Source: Chiloscyllium plagiosum
Lineage: Eukaryota
DNA: 64,000 bases
Direction: 5' to 3'
Assembly: GCF_004010195.1 (NCBI RefSeq)
Contig: NC_057718.1
Span: 98,965,794-99,029,793, forward strand
Positions within the stretch are counted from its first letter, which is position 1. The number at the start of each line of letters is the position of its first letter. Below, one piece after another: positions 1 to 14,149 of this stretch. The position numbers and the translations under genes were made by a program. The notes beneath the pieces were generated by a model, which worked only from the letters and a program-made list of their open reading frames with translations, did no database searches and was not told the DNA's origin.

Positions 1-1799
1 AAACTTACTAATTATACCTCCTACGTTCATATCCAAATCACGTATAAATGACAAAAAGCAGTGGATGATCATGATTGAAATGTTCAGCTGCACAGACAGA
101 CACTTTAACAACTGCTGTGAAAGGGCAAGCATGTAAGCTTTGTGCGAGGTTATGGTGCCAGGTAAGAGTGCTTTGGGTAGGTTGGGCTCTTTTTTTTTGG
201 GAAGGGAGGTTGGGTGGAAATGTCTGGCAGAAAGGAGGGATTGGCATTCATTGTTAGGAGAGGTGGTCCTGGAGTCAGCTGAGTGGGGAGAGTTAGATTC
301 TGGGTTAGTGAGAGAGCTAGCAGCAGGGAGGTAGGTGTTGTGTCCTTGTGCAGAGGCATCTGGTCCCTTTCAGGCCTGTGGTGCAGACATCTGGTCTTGG
401 AGGTACAACTCTATGTTATGCGGTGACCGGCCTCAGGGGTTTAGGACTATGCTCCGATGTGTCCACTCCCAGAGCTTTAGACTGTGCCAGGTATATTGTG
501 ACCCAGTGGGATATGAGGTTTGTAATCATGGTACATTGGGTGGGCCGTTTGGGAAGATGACTCATTGGAGTTGGTGAGTGGTTACTCAGGAGTCAGACTA
601 GGATTTTGATCCTCTATTTTCCTGGGTAACTATTAGCTTAACTGAAACAACGCCATTCAGAATTGCCAACTTTAATGGATTCTTCATTTATGCAAGGAAA
701 TATTCCATTGAGATCTCCAATTTCTACAAAATCTGCTACTTCTGGGATTCCATATGGTCCCAATGCACTATTTCATTGAGTACTGCTCCAATGACTTTCT
801 CGCCATCAGACTATCCGGGGCGTTCTCATGAAGGGGTAAATTAAATAGGCTCATGAGGGAGAATGGTATAGAAGTTTATACTGTGAGAAATAGACGCGGG
901 TTAAAATGAATGATTTGCTTCTGTGCTGTACACTAATTTTCCATGGTATTGGAGTGTTCCCTATGTGGAACAACATAGGCTTAATTTTTATCTGAAATAT
1001 AGTAACTTGATAAAAGTTAACTTGGTGAAGGAAGTAGAAATTCACCGGTAACGACATCAAATTTGTAACAATTAGCTTGCTTTTGACTACAGTCGTTATT
1101 GACCTCCTGGAAATATTCCTGAGCAGAAGACTACAGAAGGAACTCAGAGAGCTGAATTACAACGAATCTTGCAGTACAGCCTTTGTGGTTTCTAAATTTC
1201 AATAAATGGCAGAACTTTCTGCATTATTGACATTCTTAAAAGGTTTTAGAGATGCATAACTCATTTACATCATGCCTTTCCATCATCAGAGCATTTCAAG
1301 TGAGTTGGTCTTGAAGGACTGTTAGATTTATTATGTGTACGGCTAGATATAAATAATAAGATAGAAAGCTTTGATGCTTTTGGTTGAGTGATCAAGATTG
1401 GATTAGCACACAAAGTTTCCTACTCCTGAAGTAATTTCTGTGGAATCTTTTGTGTTTGCCTGAACCATCCAGGTGAGGCCTTAGTTTACAATTTCACCTG
1501 AATGACTGTAAAATTGGACTGGCCCCTCTACTGCACAGAAATATTAACCCGAATTATGTGCTAATGTTATGTAGAATGGCTAAAACTCTCAATCTTTTGA
1601 CTCCTAAATGAAAATTCCATTGATAAGAGCTGGCACTTAGTATTTAATATAGTATTTATATTAAATTAATATTTGGTTTCCATTATATTTCCTTCGACTA
1701 ACTTTTCTCTCTTCACTCAGGCTGACTGCCCTGTCATGTAAATGAGTTGATAGCTTATTTGACTGCAATTGAATGTTGAGCAAGATCTGTTTTTCCACA

Positions 1800-1829
1800 A
1801 TGATGCCCTCAAACAAATTTGTCCTTAAG
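1800..1829 (+). CDS. SLX4IP: SLX4IP first coding exon, coding part (M)MPSNKFVLK; whole exon 1721-1829 includes 5' UTR
   Basis: Polypyrimidine acceptor CTTTTCTCTCTTCACTCAG ending at 1720 and donor AAG|GTAAGG at 1829/1830. MPSNKFVLK aligns with recalled human MASKKFAVK. In-frame ATGs at 1773, 1800 and 1803. Confidence 0.85.
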
Positions 1830-1999
1830 GTAAGGCTATTTAGATTTACTTTGAATGATACTTTCCATTGTATAATCTTGCATTGTGAGTTACTTTATTT
1901 TTAGAAGATCACTTCTTTATAGATAGAAACTGCTTAATCTGCAGGGAGCAAGGCAGAGAAATATACTGACTACTGTCAGCGATGCACGGTTATTGCGCA

Positions 2000-2240
2000 T
2001 GATTGAAGACACTCCCTCCAAGCCATAGACTATCCCGACTTGGATTTGTGTTTCTATTCCTTTGCTGTCGCACGGTCAAATTCCTGGAACTTCCTAACAG
2101 CACTATGGCTGTACTTGCACCACGTGGGCTGTAATTGTTCAAGAAGGCAGCTCGCAATCACCTTCTCGAGGGCATTTACCAATGGGCAATAAATGTTGGC
2201 TTATCTAGTGACTCCCACATTCTGTAAACGAAGAAATAAA
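2000..2240 (+). mobile_element. 3' tail of an old LINE (tail ...CACCTTCTC.AGGGCA...GGGCAATAAATG)
   Basis: The same tail occurs in reverse at about 46570-46620 on an RT-bearing element. Confidence 0.55.
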
Positions 2241-2984
2241 ATACATTGGCTGAACTGCTCACTTAGTTTATTTCCACTGGGGTCTGACTGAGACTGCCGT
2301 AGACGTTTTTCTCCAATTGAGCACAATATTTGCTGTCATTAAACTAGCTATTTTCTTCAACGTTCTCATGAAACATTAAAGCAATTCTCCTGCCCTCCTT
2401 GTAATTCTACTAAACCATGAGTCACTGATTTCATCAGCAAAGGATAAGTGGAGAGACCTGGAGGATTAAACATCATAATTTTCCCACCTTGCTCTAGCCA
2501 AGAGAATATGTGGCATTTTAAAATATTGTATTAAAAAGATTGTAGTTGTTTTGTTAAACTCTCTTTCCACCCTCAATGCTTCTGCTAAACAAAATAATTC
2601 ATTCTGAATTATAATGCAACAGGTTTTAATAACTGCCTGGCAAGTCACTCAATTGGCAATTGTTCATGTTTAAAGCTAAACACTGAGTGTTGCTAACTAT
2701 TCTGCCATGGGGTGGGACTTCACTGTTAGTACTGTAGTGAGATTTTGTGTAGCTGCTGAGAATTACATAGAATGTACAGCATAGAAACTCATTATGAAGC
2801 CTGATCCTCGTCCATTCCTCAGCGAAAAACATAACCCTCTGTTTCCTTCTCCTTCCTGAGCTTATCTATTTCCTCCTTAAATGCTTCTTTACTGTGTACC
2901 TCAACAACTCCCTGTGGTGGCAGACTCCCTACTCTTGGTGACATCTTACATTGATAAACTCTGGGCTTGCTTTTCAACATAGCG

Positions 2985-3470
2985 AGCACAAGAACCAGGA
3001 GCAGGAGCGGGACATCTGGCCCCTCAAGCCTGCCCTGCCGTTCAACAAGATCATTGTTGATCTGATTATGGCCTCAATACCACTTACCTGTATCCACAAT
3101 CCTTGACTCCCTTGTTGATTAAAATTTGTTCAACTTGGTCTTGAATATACTTAATGACTCAGACTGTACTGCTCTCTGCAGAAGTGCATTCCTCAGACAA
3201 AATACTTTCTGGGTGAAAGGGCATTTTTTTTAATTTCCATCTTAAATTGGATACCCTTAACTTTTAAACTACATCCTTCAGTTCTAAACTGATTCCAAAA
3301 GGAAAACCTCCTCACAGCATCCATCCTGTCAAAAGCTCTCGGGAAAGTCCAAATTTCAATATAATCACTTCTGATTCTTGTGATTCTGATGGATATAATC
3401 CAGTCTGTTCAACCTTTCCTCAAAACCTTTTCATCCCAGGCATCTACCATGTTCTCTGAACTGCTAAAGG
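2985..3470 (-). mobile_element. Degenerate CR1-type LINE 3' end
   Basis: Similar to other CR1 3' ends in the window (34805-35370, 38380-38715, and 37110-37575 in reverse). Confidence 0.55.
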
Positions 3471-4371
3471 CATTCTGCTTGTCTGCTCTGTTAAGACTTT
3501 TCCACATTTTTAAAGACCTTTGTTAGGTTATTTCTGAACCTTCATTAGAAAAGAAATCCAGGATGTACATCCTTTCCTGTTATATGGTGACGATCTGTAT
3601 AGTCAGACCTTACTGTGACAAAGCCCTACATTTATATGTTCACTACAGCAAAGTTTGATGATTTTTGCTGGACTAGAAAAATGACGAGGGAACATTATTA
3701 TTCAGGTTTTTAAAAAGAAATAACACAGTGTAGATTGCATGTTATTTATGGTTTTTCGCGATTCACACGGTTTCCAGCTTATTACCAGTCTAAAGAATCT
3801 TCAATTTTTGAAGCTGTGCGATTGCCTTTCTGAACTTATACAGGAAAAGGATAATGAGTTTTATGCCTTCTAAGGCTTTGCCATCCAAAGTTTCCTCAGC
3901 TTCTCTCTGACTCTGTGTCACTGATTCAATGATGTTGTCATCATTTGTAGCTGCTCTTGTAGGGAAATTTCAATTTCTTGTCACTTTCTTTCTGAAATTC
4001 TTCACTATCAAATGCCTTATCAGTGAACAACTGCACACTGGTAATAATATGTCCAACTTCCTGTACAAGAGATTATTTTTCAATTAGCCTCAGTTTGAAT
4101 TTCAGTCGTGTAACTATGTGGATGCTGCTCAAGTATTTCTTATAGTAGAGCTTATTTTCTTGTCATAAAGTATCTCGTCTTGCTGTTGAGATTGTTGGTT
4201 TATTTATGGCAGTGAACCTATACCCATCTTATTCTTATGAGATCATTATATTAATACAGTAGCTTTCAATGAGTTAAAGACATTCTATGCTCCTGAGGGG
4301 TCACATTTAAGGCTGCTGATTTCCTGTTGTCCATGGATATTGTTGGCAAATCTAATTATTAATCTGCTGTT

Positions 4372-4490
4372 CCAGTTCTGAAGAAGGGTCACTAGACGTG
4401 AAACATTAACTTTGTTTTCTCTTTACAGATGATATCAGACCTGCAGAGTTTCTCCAACGATTTCTGTTTTTGTTTCACATTTCCAGCATA
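4372..4490 (+). mobile_element. Penelope-like pLTR fragment (family C) with minimal hammerhead-like motif at 4375-4410
   Basis: GTT-CTGAAGA-AGGGTC-ACTA-GACGT-GAAA-CATT-AAC. The downstream sequence is homologous to 13676-13873. Confidence 0.7.
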
Positions 4491-5954
4491 TGCTATTAAT
4501 CTATTATTATTTGAACTCTTACTAGAGATTTGGAACAATGTGCAGGTTATTTCCTTAGACAGAGATACACCTTCCAGCCTTTGATAAATCTTTTCTTCAT
4601 ACTAAGTCTCTGTTGATGTATTTGTCATGAAAACAAAGCCTGATTGACTATGCACAACTTGGGCACTATAACTACCTTAAACACTTTAGAACATCAACAT
4701 GCCAGGATTACTGTTTCTGTTTACTGTCAAGTGATCTTGTTTCTAGAAAGTGTACATAGATGTTCTTGGGGACGGAATTAGACTCTGTTATGACATCCCA
4801 CAACTGAATTACGAACCATCTGTCTTGGCTCACAAATCAAGATTGGCCATTTGGCCAAGGATCTGGAACACAGCCATCTCCTGTAGAATTGTACCTGACA
4901 TCATTGCTACTTTCAGAAGGGGAGTGGTGGTGGTATTTTGCAACGAAGTACTTCTCACAGTTTGCCTTTCCTTTTAAATTCAATTTATCTAGTGAGTTTT
5001 TGAAATACGCTTGAGTTCTTTATCAAATATTTGCTGAGATCATGTCATGGTATTTGGTCACTGAACATCGGACTCTTTAATAATGTACATTATTTGTCTC
5101 CAAGTACTGTAACCCAGAAGAGGGAGCTCTTGAGCTGCATTTATATACAATATTCTGTTGCCAAAATTCCTTATGCAAAAATATGTAATGGAATTTTAAT
5201 TTGAGGTGAATTTGACATTTGTTTAGCAGTTTTATCCTGTGATGGTTTTATTTCTTGCAGTCTAAGTACATGCAAGATTCTGTTCAATTGGGATCACTAA
5301 TAACCTTTCAGACCAAAGCATTTAAAATTGAATAGATAAAGCTAGAGCCTAAGAATAATGAACGTCAACTACAGTTCAAAACGACAAACATTCCTGATGA
5401 TGCTCAACCAGTGTTCACTTAGGGTCAGTCTTCAGCCTTAGCAAAGTCAGGGATAATTATTATGAATGTTATTATTAATAATTTGATTTTTGGCATACAA
5501 TCCATAACAAAACTAATCCTGTTTTCTTCCAATTTTGCATGGAAATGAGGAAATTAATGCTCTCCATTGTTATTGCTAATTTATGCAACATTGCTTATTT
5601 AATATTCCTATAGAAAGTCAGATCACTGATGATAGAGATGTTCACTGAGATGTATTCAATATAGATTACCACAGTCAACTTTTTGTCTTACTCTGAGAGG
5701 TTTTCCACTTCTAGCTGGTCAGTCATTGCTGACAGTTATTGCTTGCTTCTGCTGTTCAGCAAAAGTAGTGACAATTAACCAGCCAGAACCAGAATGCTTC
5801 CATGAGTGGTTCAAACGTTGATTAATAGGCCTGTGTTCACACTACCTTTCACCTCTAAACTATTTCGCAGTTGGTTCCAAGCTCTGAAGTTGGCCACAGT
5901 CCACCATTTGAAGATCCCTGAAGTATCTGACATCGTGCTAACAGTAACATTGGC

Positions 5955-6305
5955 TTGGCTCACTTGGTAGCAGTCACACTTACTGTTTTAGATTGTTGTG
6001 CTTTTAAGTTCCACATTAGGACTTGAGTAAATAATCATGGCTGTTGACTCAGTGCGTTACTAGGCCAGTGCTATGCTTTAGATGAGAAATTAAACCAGTA
6101 TTGTTTACCTGCTCAGAATCCATGAAGATGTACTGCGAGTTCACTTTCAATCAGCACATAATAATAAAATAATTAGCTGGTTATTCTGCTCATTGCTGGT
6201 GCAACATGACTGGAATGTATACTTCTTTAATAAGTTATTAAGTTTCAAGAAATAATCAGTTGTGTTAAGCACTTACAGGCATTTCAGTGATGCACTATGT
6301 AAGTG
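5955..6305 (+). mobile_element. Degenerate DeuSINE-like (SacSINE1-like) SINE
   Basis: Decayed tRNA-like head with GGACTTGAG motif and a 3' end resembling 44080-44352. Confidence 0.45.
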
Positions 6306-7387
6306 TTCAGTTGTAAATCCCTCCTGACAAAGTGCCATCTGATAATCATTGCTTAAAGCAGCTTAATTTTTTAAATTTTGTATTAGTAGAAGAATGAATT
6401 CTTCATCTGCAGATATTTTAATCAACTGTTCAGACACGTTTTGAGATGCCTCTCAAACAGTGGGACTTGAACCCAGGCCTACTACGTGTAGGTTTTCTGA
6501 TTACCAACAGCATGTTGCAATAAAAGTAATGCATTTATAAGGACTTCTGGTTTGGGGTGGAAATTGAGCTAATTGTTTCTATGTAATCACTCACAAACCT
6601 CTGTAGGATTGCAGTAGAAGATGCGAAAATAATTGGGTTGCAAGGCCAAACATCACCTCACTTGCCTGTGTGAAATTTCTCTATTCCTCCTATGAGACCA
6701 CCAGTAGCTGCCACTCCCATAAATAATTATGGGAGCAGGGCTCAGGTCCACTCTGCTCCATTTAACAAGATTGCTGAGGGTCTTCAATAAAAAGCAATGG
6801 CAGTCGAGCTTTGATAGAAGCCTCCTCTTCCTCCAGTCTGTCCCAAACATTTATCTGCTGATGGCTTTGGTCTGGTCTGAGTAAATTAGTAAAAAACTTT
6901 ATCCAGCTCACAGGGTGTTTCTCTTTATTTAGGAATCCTTCATTTCCTCTTCTTGTGCTGCAGAACTGCTGAAGTATTCCGTCCTTGCACAGCAATTCTT
7001 TTTGATACCAGAAAGCCTGGATAGTGTTTTGTGTATGCAAAGGATGATCCTCAATGCAGAAAAATAGGTTGGGCCAACATGGATCCAGAGTCAGAAATCC
7101 CACTCCAATGCAACTTTGTTCCAAAGGCAAAGATCCTAAGATTAATGTAATCACAATATTGTGGATATGTCACGTTATGCTCATTTTCAAACTTATCAAT
7201 ATCAGTGTAATCTAATTGAAGAGTGGCTGCATGAGAGCATAGCTTCTGGTTCTGATGATGGAATTATCAAAACCGTGTTTAGTTTTTCAGTATAACTAAT
7301 TTTTTACTTTTGGTCAGGGCATGATATTTATTGTTGTCCAGTAGAATTCAAACTTAGAATGAACCTTATGCAAAATTTTAACATTTT

Positions 7388-7490
7388 TTAGATTAGATTA
7401 GATTTCCCGCAGTGTGGAAACAGGCACTTCGGCTCAAGCAGCCCACACCGACCCTCCGAAGAGCAACCCACCCAGACCCCATCTCCCTTA
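7388..7490 (-). mobile_element. 3' fragment of HE1-type SINE
   Basis: TTAGA repeats followed by CAGTGTGGAAACAGGC...CCCTCCGAAGAGCAACCCACCCAGACC, as at 41053 and 47052. Confidence 0.8.
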
Positions 7491-9562
7491 TCTGGTTTCA
7501 AAGATAATCTGAAATCAAATCATTTATCTTCTTCATTGGGCCTCGAGGAGTCAAATGGCCGACTCCTGCTTCTATCTTCTATGTTTGCATATGTTTCTAT
7601 GTAAGCCTAAGATCTTCCCTGGTGATATCTTCTTTGGCTCACTGTCCATTTCTGTTTGATTATGGCTGTGAAAAGAACTTTAAGCCATATTTTTACTTTT
7701 TGGCATGATGTAAGTACAAATTATGGTGTTCTTAAATATTGAAAATACCATGTGGGTTTTTCCAACTGACATCAATTGTCTTCCCTTCAGTAAATGTATC
7801 TTTTAAATAAGGCTGCTGGTTTATAAAATTTGAAGGTTGTTAGTCCAAGGATTCATGTACTATACCGTTTTGTTTATGACGTGTTATATCATGTTAGATT
7901 GAGTTTGAAACACTCTTATCTGCAATGCATGTTATTGCAAGAAGAAATACAGTTAGCCATTGTGATACATCGAAAATAAAGGAAGCAGCAATGCATAGTA
8001 AATGTAATAGTTATTTGCTATTTGCCCCTTTTGGGTTTGAGTCCAGAATTTAATTTTTAATATCCGGCCTGGATTTTAGACTGTGAGTTGGCTGCCTAGA
8101 TTCTGGAGAAATCCTGGTTTTGCAAACTCCACATTTAAAAATGGCTGTCTGGAAGTTGGATTTTCTGTCTGGAGTTTGGGGCAGCCTAAGTTGGAACTCT
8201 AACTGGGAGACTCTAAATGAGAGTAGTGGTTGGTGAGTGCAGAGGCAGGCTGGGCAGAAGGCCAGGTTTATGTCAACTGATGGAGTAACATAGGAAACAA
8301 TGACTTTTTTTTAAAAAGACCTCTGACATTATTTTCAAAGATTTAAATGACAGGACTTTTAAATAACTTGACAGCATTCTTTGATAGTTGGTTTTGACAA
8401 ATCCTCTTGACACTTGTTTTGACAGCTGTTAACAGTTCCAATAAGCTTGATAGTCAATTAATTCATGTACTTTTAAAAAACATATTCTGTCCTATTTTTA
8501 ATGCATATTCATGTGTACTTTGAACAATTCCAAAGGACATCTGACCTCCCCAAAAATGTCTGGGAGTAGATTGAAATGGGCACCCTCACCTTCCAAAGAA
8601 ATCCACAAAGTTCAAACCTGCTCTTACTTGATCCACTTTGCACACTTCAGGTTTCACACTCCTGGAATACAAAATACACATAAGCCTCAAGATGATGATT
8701 TAAACAGCTAGTTGCACCTATAAGCCATGAAAGTGCGAATTCTGACCTGACCCAGTTCCTGCTCCTGCAAGACCTCAAGGCTGGACATGTGATTTCATTT
8801 TCCTATTTTCACCAGGCCAGAAAGTGTTCATGAAGCAGGGAAAAAGATGGACCTCTGAATAGAATAAATCTGAAATCTAAGAACATAGTGAATATTAGTC
8901 TGATATACAAGTCACATACACAAAGCTATCTTGTGGTGCCATTGATTAGTTTCAATTTAAGAGCTTGTGAAGGTAGAAATGTTTTGTATTTCCCAAAATT
9001 AAGTACACTTGGAAGTGCATTTGACGTAAGGATCTATTCAATAATTTGGAATTTCTGTTATATGTCACAACATGTTTAGTCTGGATAGAACTCACATACT
9101 GGAACTGTTGAACAATTTTAAAAATATATATTGTACTAAAGTTTAAGACCACACAGATTGTAAGCACATTAAAATACTTGAGTTATTGATAGTATTGCAC
9201 ATGGAGACTTAATCAAAAAAAATCTATAAGTGGTAAAATCATGATTTGTACAACACATGCTGATGTATATTCTAGCTATTGTTATAGTAAGTGAAATATG
9301 TTACATTGAGTTAATACTTATGCTTATGTATTGTCTTTCAATATCCTAATCTAGACGTGCATGCCTCCACTATGATGCTGATCACTAAAAGACCTGCTAA
9401 TCTTTTCCCTGAAAAACTCAAATGGATGTAGCTTATAGAGCTATTTGTGACTTGCCTCATCAATATGTCCAGAATTTACTTTTACTTAATAAATTCATCA
9501 ATTCAGAGATGCAGAATCTTCTCTCAATGAGGCGATATACCTGAAAGTGTGTATATAAAATG

Positions 9563-10996
9563 TTAGAGTTATACAGCACAGAAACAGACCCCTCGGTTCA
9601 ACTGGTCCATGCTGACCAAGGTTCCCAAACTATACTAATCCCATTTGCCTGCATCTGGCTCACATCCCTCTAAATCTTTCCTCTTCATGTACCTGTCCAA
9701 ATGTCTTTCAAATGTTGAAACTGTACCTGTATTTATCACTTCCTCTAGCAGTTCATTCTCCATACGAACCACCCTCTATGTAGAAAAGTTGCCCCTCAGG
9801 TACCTTTTTAGATCTTTCTCCTCTCACCCTAAATTTATGCTCTTTAGTTTTGAATTCCCCTACCGCAAGGAAGAAAAGACCTTTGCTATCCACCTTCTGT
9901 ATGCCCCTCGTGATTTTATAAAGGAAACCCTTGAACGCTCTACGCTCCAGTGGAAAAGTCCCAGCTTATCCAGCCTCTCCTTATAACTGAAAGCCTCTAA
10001 TAGCAGTAACATCCTTGTAAATCTTTTGTGCACCCTCTCCAATTTAATAATATCTTTCCAGTAGCAAGGTGACTGGAACTTTACACAGTACTCAAAACGT
10101 GGCCTCACCAATGCCCTGTACAATCACAACATAACATTCCAAACTCTTATACTCAATGGTCCAAGCAATGAGAATAAGCATAGCAAGCGCCTTCTTTACT
10201 ACCCCGTCTACCTGTGATGCTACTTTCAAAGAACTATGTACCTGAACCCTGCGGTCTCTCTGTTCAACAACACTCCTCAGAGCTCTACAATTAACTGGAT
10301 AGGCTCTTGTTCATCTTACCAAAATGCAACACCTCGCATTTACCCAAATTATTCCCCAACTCCTTAACCCATTGGCTCAATTGATCAACATCCCCTTGTA
10401 ATATTAAATAACCACCTTCACTGTCGATTAAACCACTAATTTCGGTGTCATCTGCAAATTTACTAACCATGTTACCTAAATTCTCATCCAAATCATTTAG
10501 ATAAACGACAAATAACAGTGGCCTCAGCACCAATTCCTGCGGAACACCGATGATCACAGGTCTCCAGTCTGAAAACAACCCTCCACTACCACCATCTCTT
10601 TCTCTTACTGTCAAACCAATTTTGTATCCAATTGGTAAGTTCTCCTTGAATCACATGTGACCTAACTTTATTAAACAGCCGATCATATGGAATCTTGTCA
10701 AAGGCTTTACTAAAGTCCATTAAGACAATGTCTACCGCTCTGCCATCATCTACCTTTTTGATCACATCCTCGAAAAACTCGATCAAGTTAGTGAGACATG
10801 ATTTCCCATGCACAAAACCATGCTGACCATCCCTAATCAGTTCTTGCCTCTCCAAATGCATGTAAATCCTATTTCTCAGAATCCCCTCCAACAACTCACC
10901 TACCAGTGATGTCAGACTCACCGGTCTATAGTTCCCAGATTTCTCCTTGCAGTCTTTCTTAAATAAAGGTACAACATTAGCCACTCTCCAGTACAT
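9563..10996 (-). mobile_element. CR1 LINE, 5'-truncated ORF2 (RT) and 3' tail
   Basis: Minus-strand ORFs encode CR1 RT motifs: NYRPVSLTS, QHGF..KSCLTNL, DFSKAFD, GVPQ, KFADDT, LVRPRFEYCV. Confidence 0.92.
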
Positions 10997-11289
10997 CAAC
11001 CATTATGTTTTGTACTTAATACTATAATTTGAGCTATGCTGTGTGGGCAAAGTTTTTTACAGTAAAGAAGAACTTGCATTTGTATGGCATCCTTTATAAT
11101 CTGCACACACTCCAAGATGCATTGCAACCAATAAAATAATTTTGAATGTAGTCATTGATTGCTGCTTTACAACAATTTGTGTGTAGCGTGCTTGTACAAA
11201 TAACAACATTGTGGGGGAAACTGAACTGGACCATTCATATAAATACTATAGTTACTAGAGCAGTTGAGAGGCTGGCAATTCTATAGATA

Positions 11290-12470
11290 ATACAAGTAAC
11301 ACCCCAAAAAGAGCTGTAGCTCAGAAAATAGAAGGCAGGGAGTGAGAAAATCAGGAAAATTACAATCACCAGAGAAGTAGTACTGAATTAATTGTTAGAG
11401 CTGGGAAACAACCAGTTGCTTGGGTCCCAATGCATTTCATTATTGGATCTGAAAAGAAGTGTCCAGTGAGATGGTTGATAAACTAGTTTTGATGTTCCAA
11501 GAGTTGGGGAATGTCCCACAAGATTAGAGAATAATAAATGTAACTCTCTTATTCAAAAAGGGAAAGAGACAAAGTATGGATTTACAGGCTAGTTAGCTTA
11601 ACATCTGTCATAAGGAAAGTGTTCAAAGCTGTTATTAGAGATTTTACAGCAGAATACTTCAAAAAGTTCAAGGTAATCAGACTGAGTCAGCATGCGTTTT
11701 GTGAAAGGGAAAGTTTATCTTTGTTCTTTGCGGAGGTAGTGAGTACTATTGATAAAGGGAATACTCAATATTTTCTAACCAACCAGTTCAGGGATGTTAT
11801 AACACACTTTGGGAGCAGGTAGGACTTGAACCTGGGCCTCATGGACCAGAGGCAGGATGCTATCACTGCATCGCAAGAGGCCCACTATACTTAGATTTCA
11901 AGAAGGTGTTCACTAAGGTGTCACATCAAGTGGTGATGTGGGGAAATGAAAGCTTGTGGTTTTGGTGATAACATATTAGCATGGACAAAAGATTGGCTGA
12001 CTAACAGGAAACAGCAGTAGGCATGAATAGATCTTTTTCTGGTTGGCACAGTGGTGTGCCACAGAGATCAGTGTTAGGACCTTTGCAGTTTATATAAATG
12101 ACTTGGATGAATTAATTTTGCCTAATTTGCTGGTGCTGAAAAGATAACTAGGAAAGCAAATTGTGAAGAGTACATAACGAGGCTACAAAAAATTATAGGT
12201 AGGCTAAATGAGTGGACAGCGATCTGGCAAATGGAATATAATGTGGGCAAATGTATAATTCCCTACTTTGGCAGGAAGAATTAAAAAGCATCTTATCCAA
12301 ATAGTGAGAAATTGCAGAGTTCTGAAAAAAGGATCTGGGTGTCAAAATGCGTGAATTGCAAAAAGCAAACATGCAGATACAAAATCTAATGAGGAAAACT
12401 AAAGGAAATGTATTGATTTATTGTGAGGGAAATTGAATACAAAATCAAGGAGGTTATGCTTCAGTTATAA
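11290..12470 (+). mobile_element. Degenerate CR1 LINE RT region, interrupted by a short SINE
   Basis: Decayed codons for YRLVSLTS, QHAF, LDFKK.F.KV.H, SGVPQ.SVLGP, FA..K. Confidence 0.75.
11770..11884 (-). mobile_element. Short (~110 bp) tRNA-derived SINE; related copies at about 6415-6490 (-), 25290-25402 (-) and 59935-60012 (+)
   Basis: The reverse complement shows an A-box-like GCAGTGATAGC and B-box GGTTCAAGTCC, ending in GGTTAGAAAA. Recurs in the window. Confidence 0.65.
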
Positions 12471-13675
12471 AACTTTAAACTGAAGTATTCAGTGTGTTTA
12501 ATAACTAAGTACAACCTATTGTTAAATATGCAGTGCTTGTTTGGAATGCTGCACACAGTGTGTGAACAAGTTCTAAATTATTCAGAAATGAGCACTGAAA
12601 CTGACCCAATGTAATGCATACCAAAACTAGCCTGATATCATCAAAAACTGAATGCCTTTCCTTGGTGAAAGGCAGAAAAAGTTCTGCCTGGACTTCATTA
12701 GGAAGTTCTTGAGTCCCATTTCACATCAGTATCTTTTACCACAGCCGCACAAAAGTAAACGAGTGATGGAATTCAGGAGAAAATGCCATCCCACAGATAA
12801 CATATAGAATGAACAGACTACAAGGCAGCCTTTATAAAAGGCAGCCTCTTTTATAAAATAGTATTTAAATGGTTGAGAATTTAACAAACTCAACCTAACA
12901 ATATGATTTATAGAGTTTAATGGAGAATGTAGCAAATCTTTCATTTCTATTCTGTACCCTAAGAAGTGTATTGTATTTATTTGTAGGTTGCAATTATCGT
13001 TCTGCAGATCTTTTATTATTTTTAATTTTATTGTAATTGTCTGTTATATTATGAATAATGATTATTTTATTTGCATCCTCATCACAATTTGACACCTGTT
13101 ACTATAATGATTTTTCAATGTAGCAATTATCAGTCTATGGGCAACAGGTGCTGGCTTTTCCAGTCATACATACTTCTCATGAAAGTAATTTCTGAAAAGC
13201 ACATTATAGGTTGTGTTAATCTGTTCTACTGGAAAATAATATTTACAGAGTAATTGTGGATTTTCATTGCTGTAGTAGCATTGTACAAGTGAGTAAATTG
13301 TTATAAATAACGTGTTGTAAATTGTAACTGGGATTGTACCCATGTGTTCTGTTTATTTGGATCCAGTTTAGGTTTTTGTGTGATACAATATCCACATTTT
13401 GTAAAATGGTTGTGGTTTATGTAAGGCTTCTGACAATGTAACAACTAAAATCTTGTTAGTTGATCGAAGTGTCAAAGGGCACAGAGGTGCTGAGCAATGT
13501 ATTCATTTAAACTGTCAGTCATCTATGCTGCAAAAACATAGGGTAATGGGAAACTGAGGAGGAGATAAGAGGTGTTGGAAAGATGTCTGAGAGCTGTGTG
13601 TGAAGTAGAGCAGAGCTAATTAGGACAAAATGTGAAAATAAAATTTGTATTAGTACAAAGTTAATTTTAAAAACC

Positions 13676-13873
13676 GAAAAGACCGTGGGTGCTGGAAATC
13701 AGAAATGAAAACAAATTGCTGGAAAAACTCAGCTGGTCTGGCAACATCTGTGGAGTGAAATCAGAGTTAACATTTCAGGTTGAGTGACCCTTCTTCAGAA
13801 CTGGGGAATTCTGAGGAAGGGTAACTTGATCCAGAATGCTAACTCTGATTTCTCTCCACAGATGATGCCAGAC
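13676..13873. mobile_element. Fold-back Penelope-like pLTR element (family C), two inverted copies
   Basis: TGTGGAGTGAAATCAGAGTTAAC...CCCTTCTTCAGAA followed by TTCTGAGGAAGGG...TAACTCTGATTTCTCTCCACA (inverted). Confidence 0.75.
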
Positions 13874-14149
13874 AAATTTTAATTTGTTAGTCAATTAGTA
13901 GTCTAAAACATAACTGTGAGAAATAGTTATTGGGTTATTAAACTATAACATGCAGAATAAAATTCCATTTAATGATAATATCCTAAATATATCAATTTAT
14001 TTACATAGATAAAAGAGCATAGTGCATTTGTAGGTTACTTTTGCTTTGATTGAAACTACTTTGAGCTGAGCTGCTCATCTTGAATCCATGGCTCCATCCT
14101 GACTGCTTACTTTATTAAAAACAAATTTGATCACTGGCAAGCTAGTATT

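Noticed and set aside
38..600. Cluster of short overlapping ORFs in G-rich sequence
   Set aside because: No protein similarity or splice support. Likely an unclassified repeat remnant in the upstream intron.
12553..12595. Cryptic RAG recombination signal (CACAGTG heptamer)
   Set aside because: No ACAAAAACC-like nonamer at 12 or 23 bp spacing.
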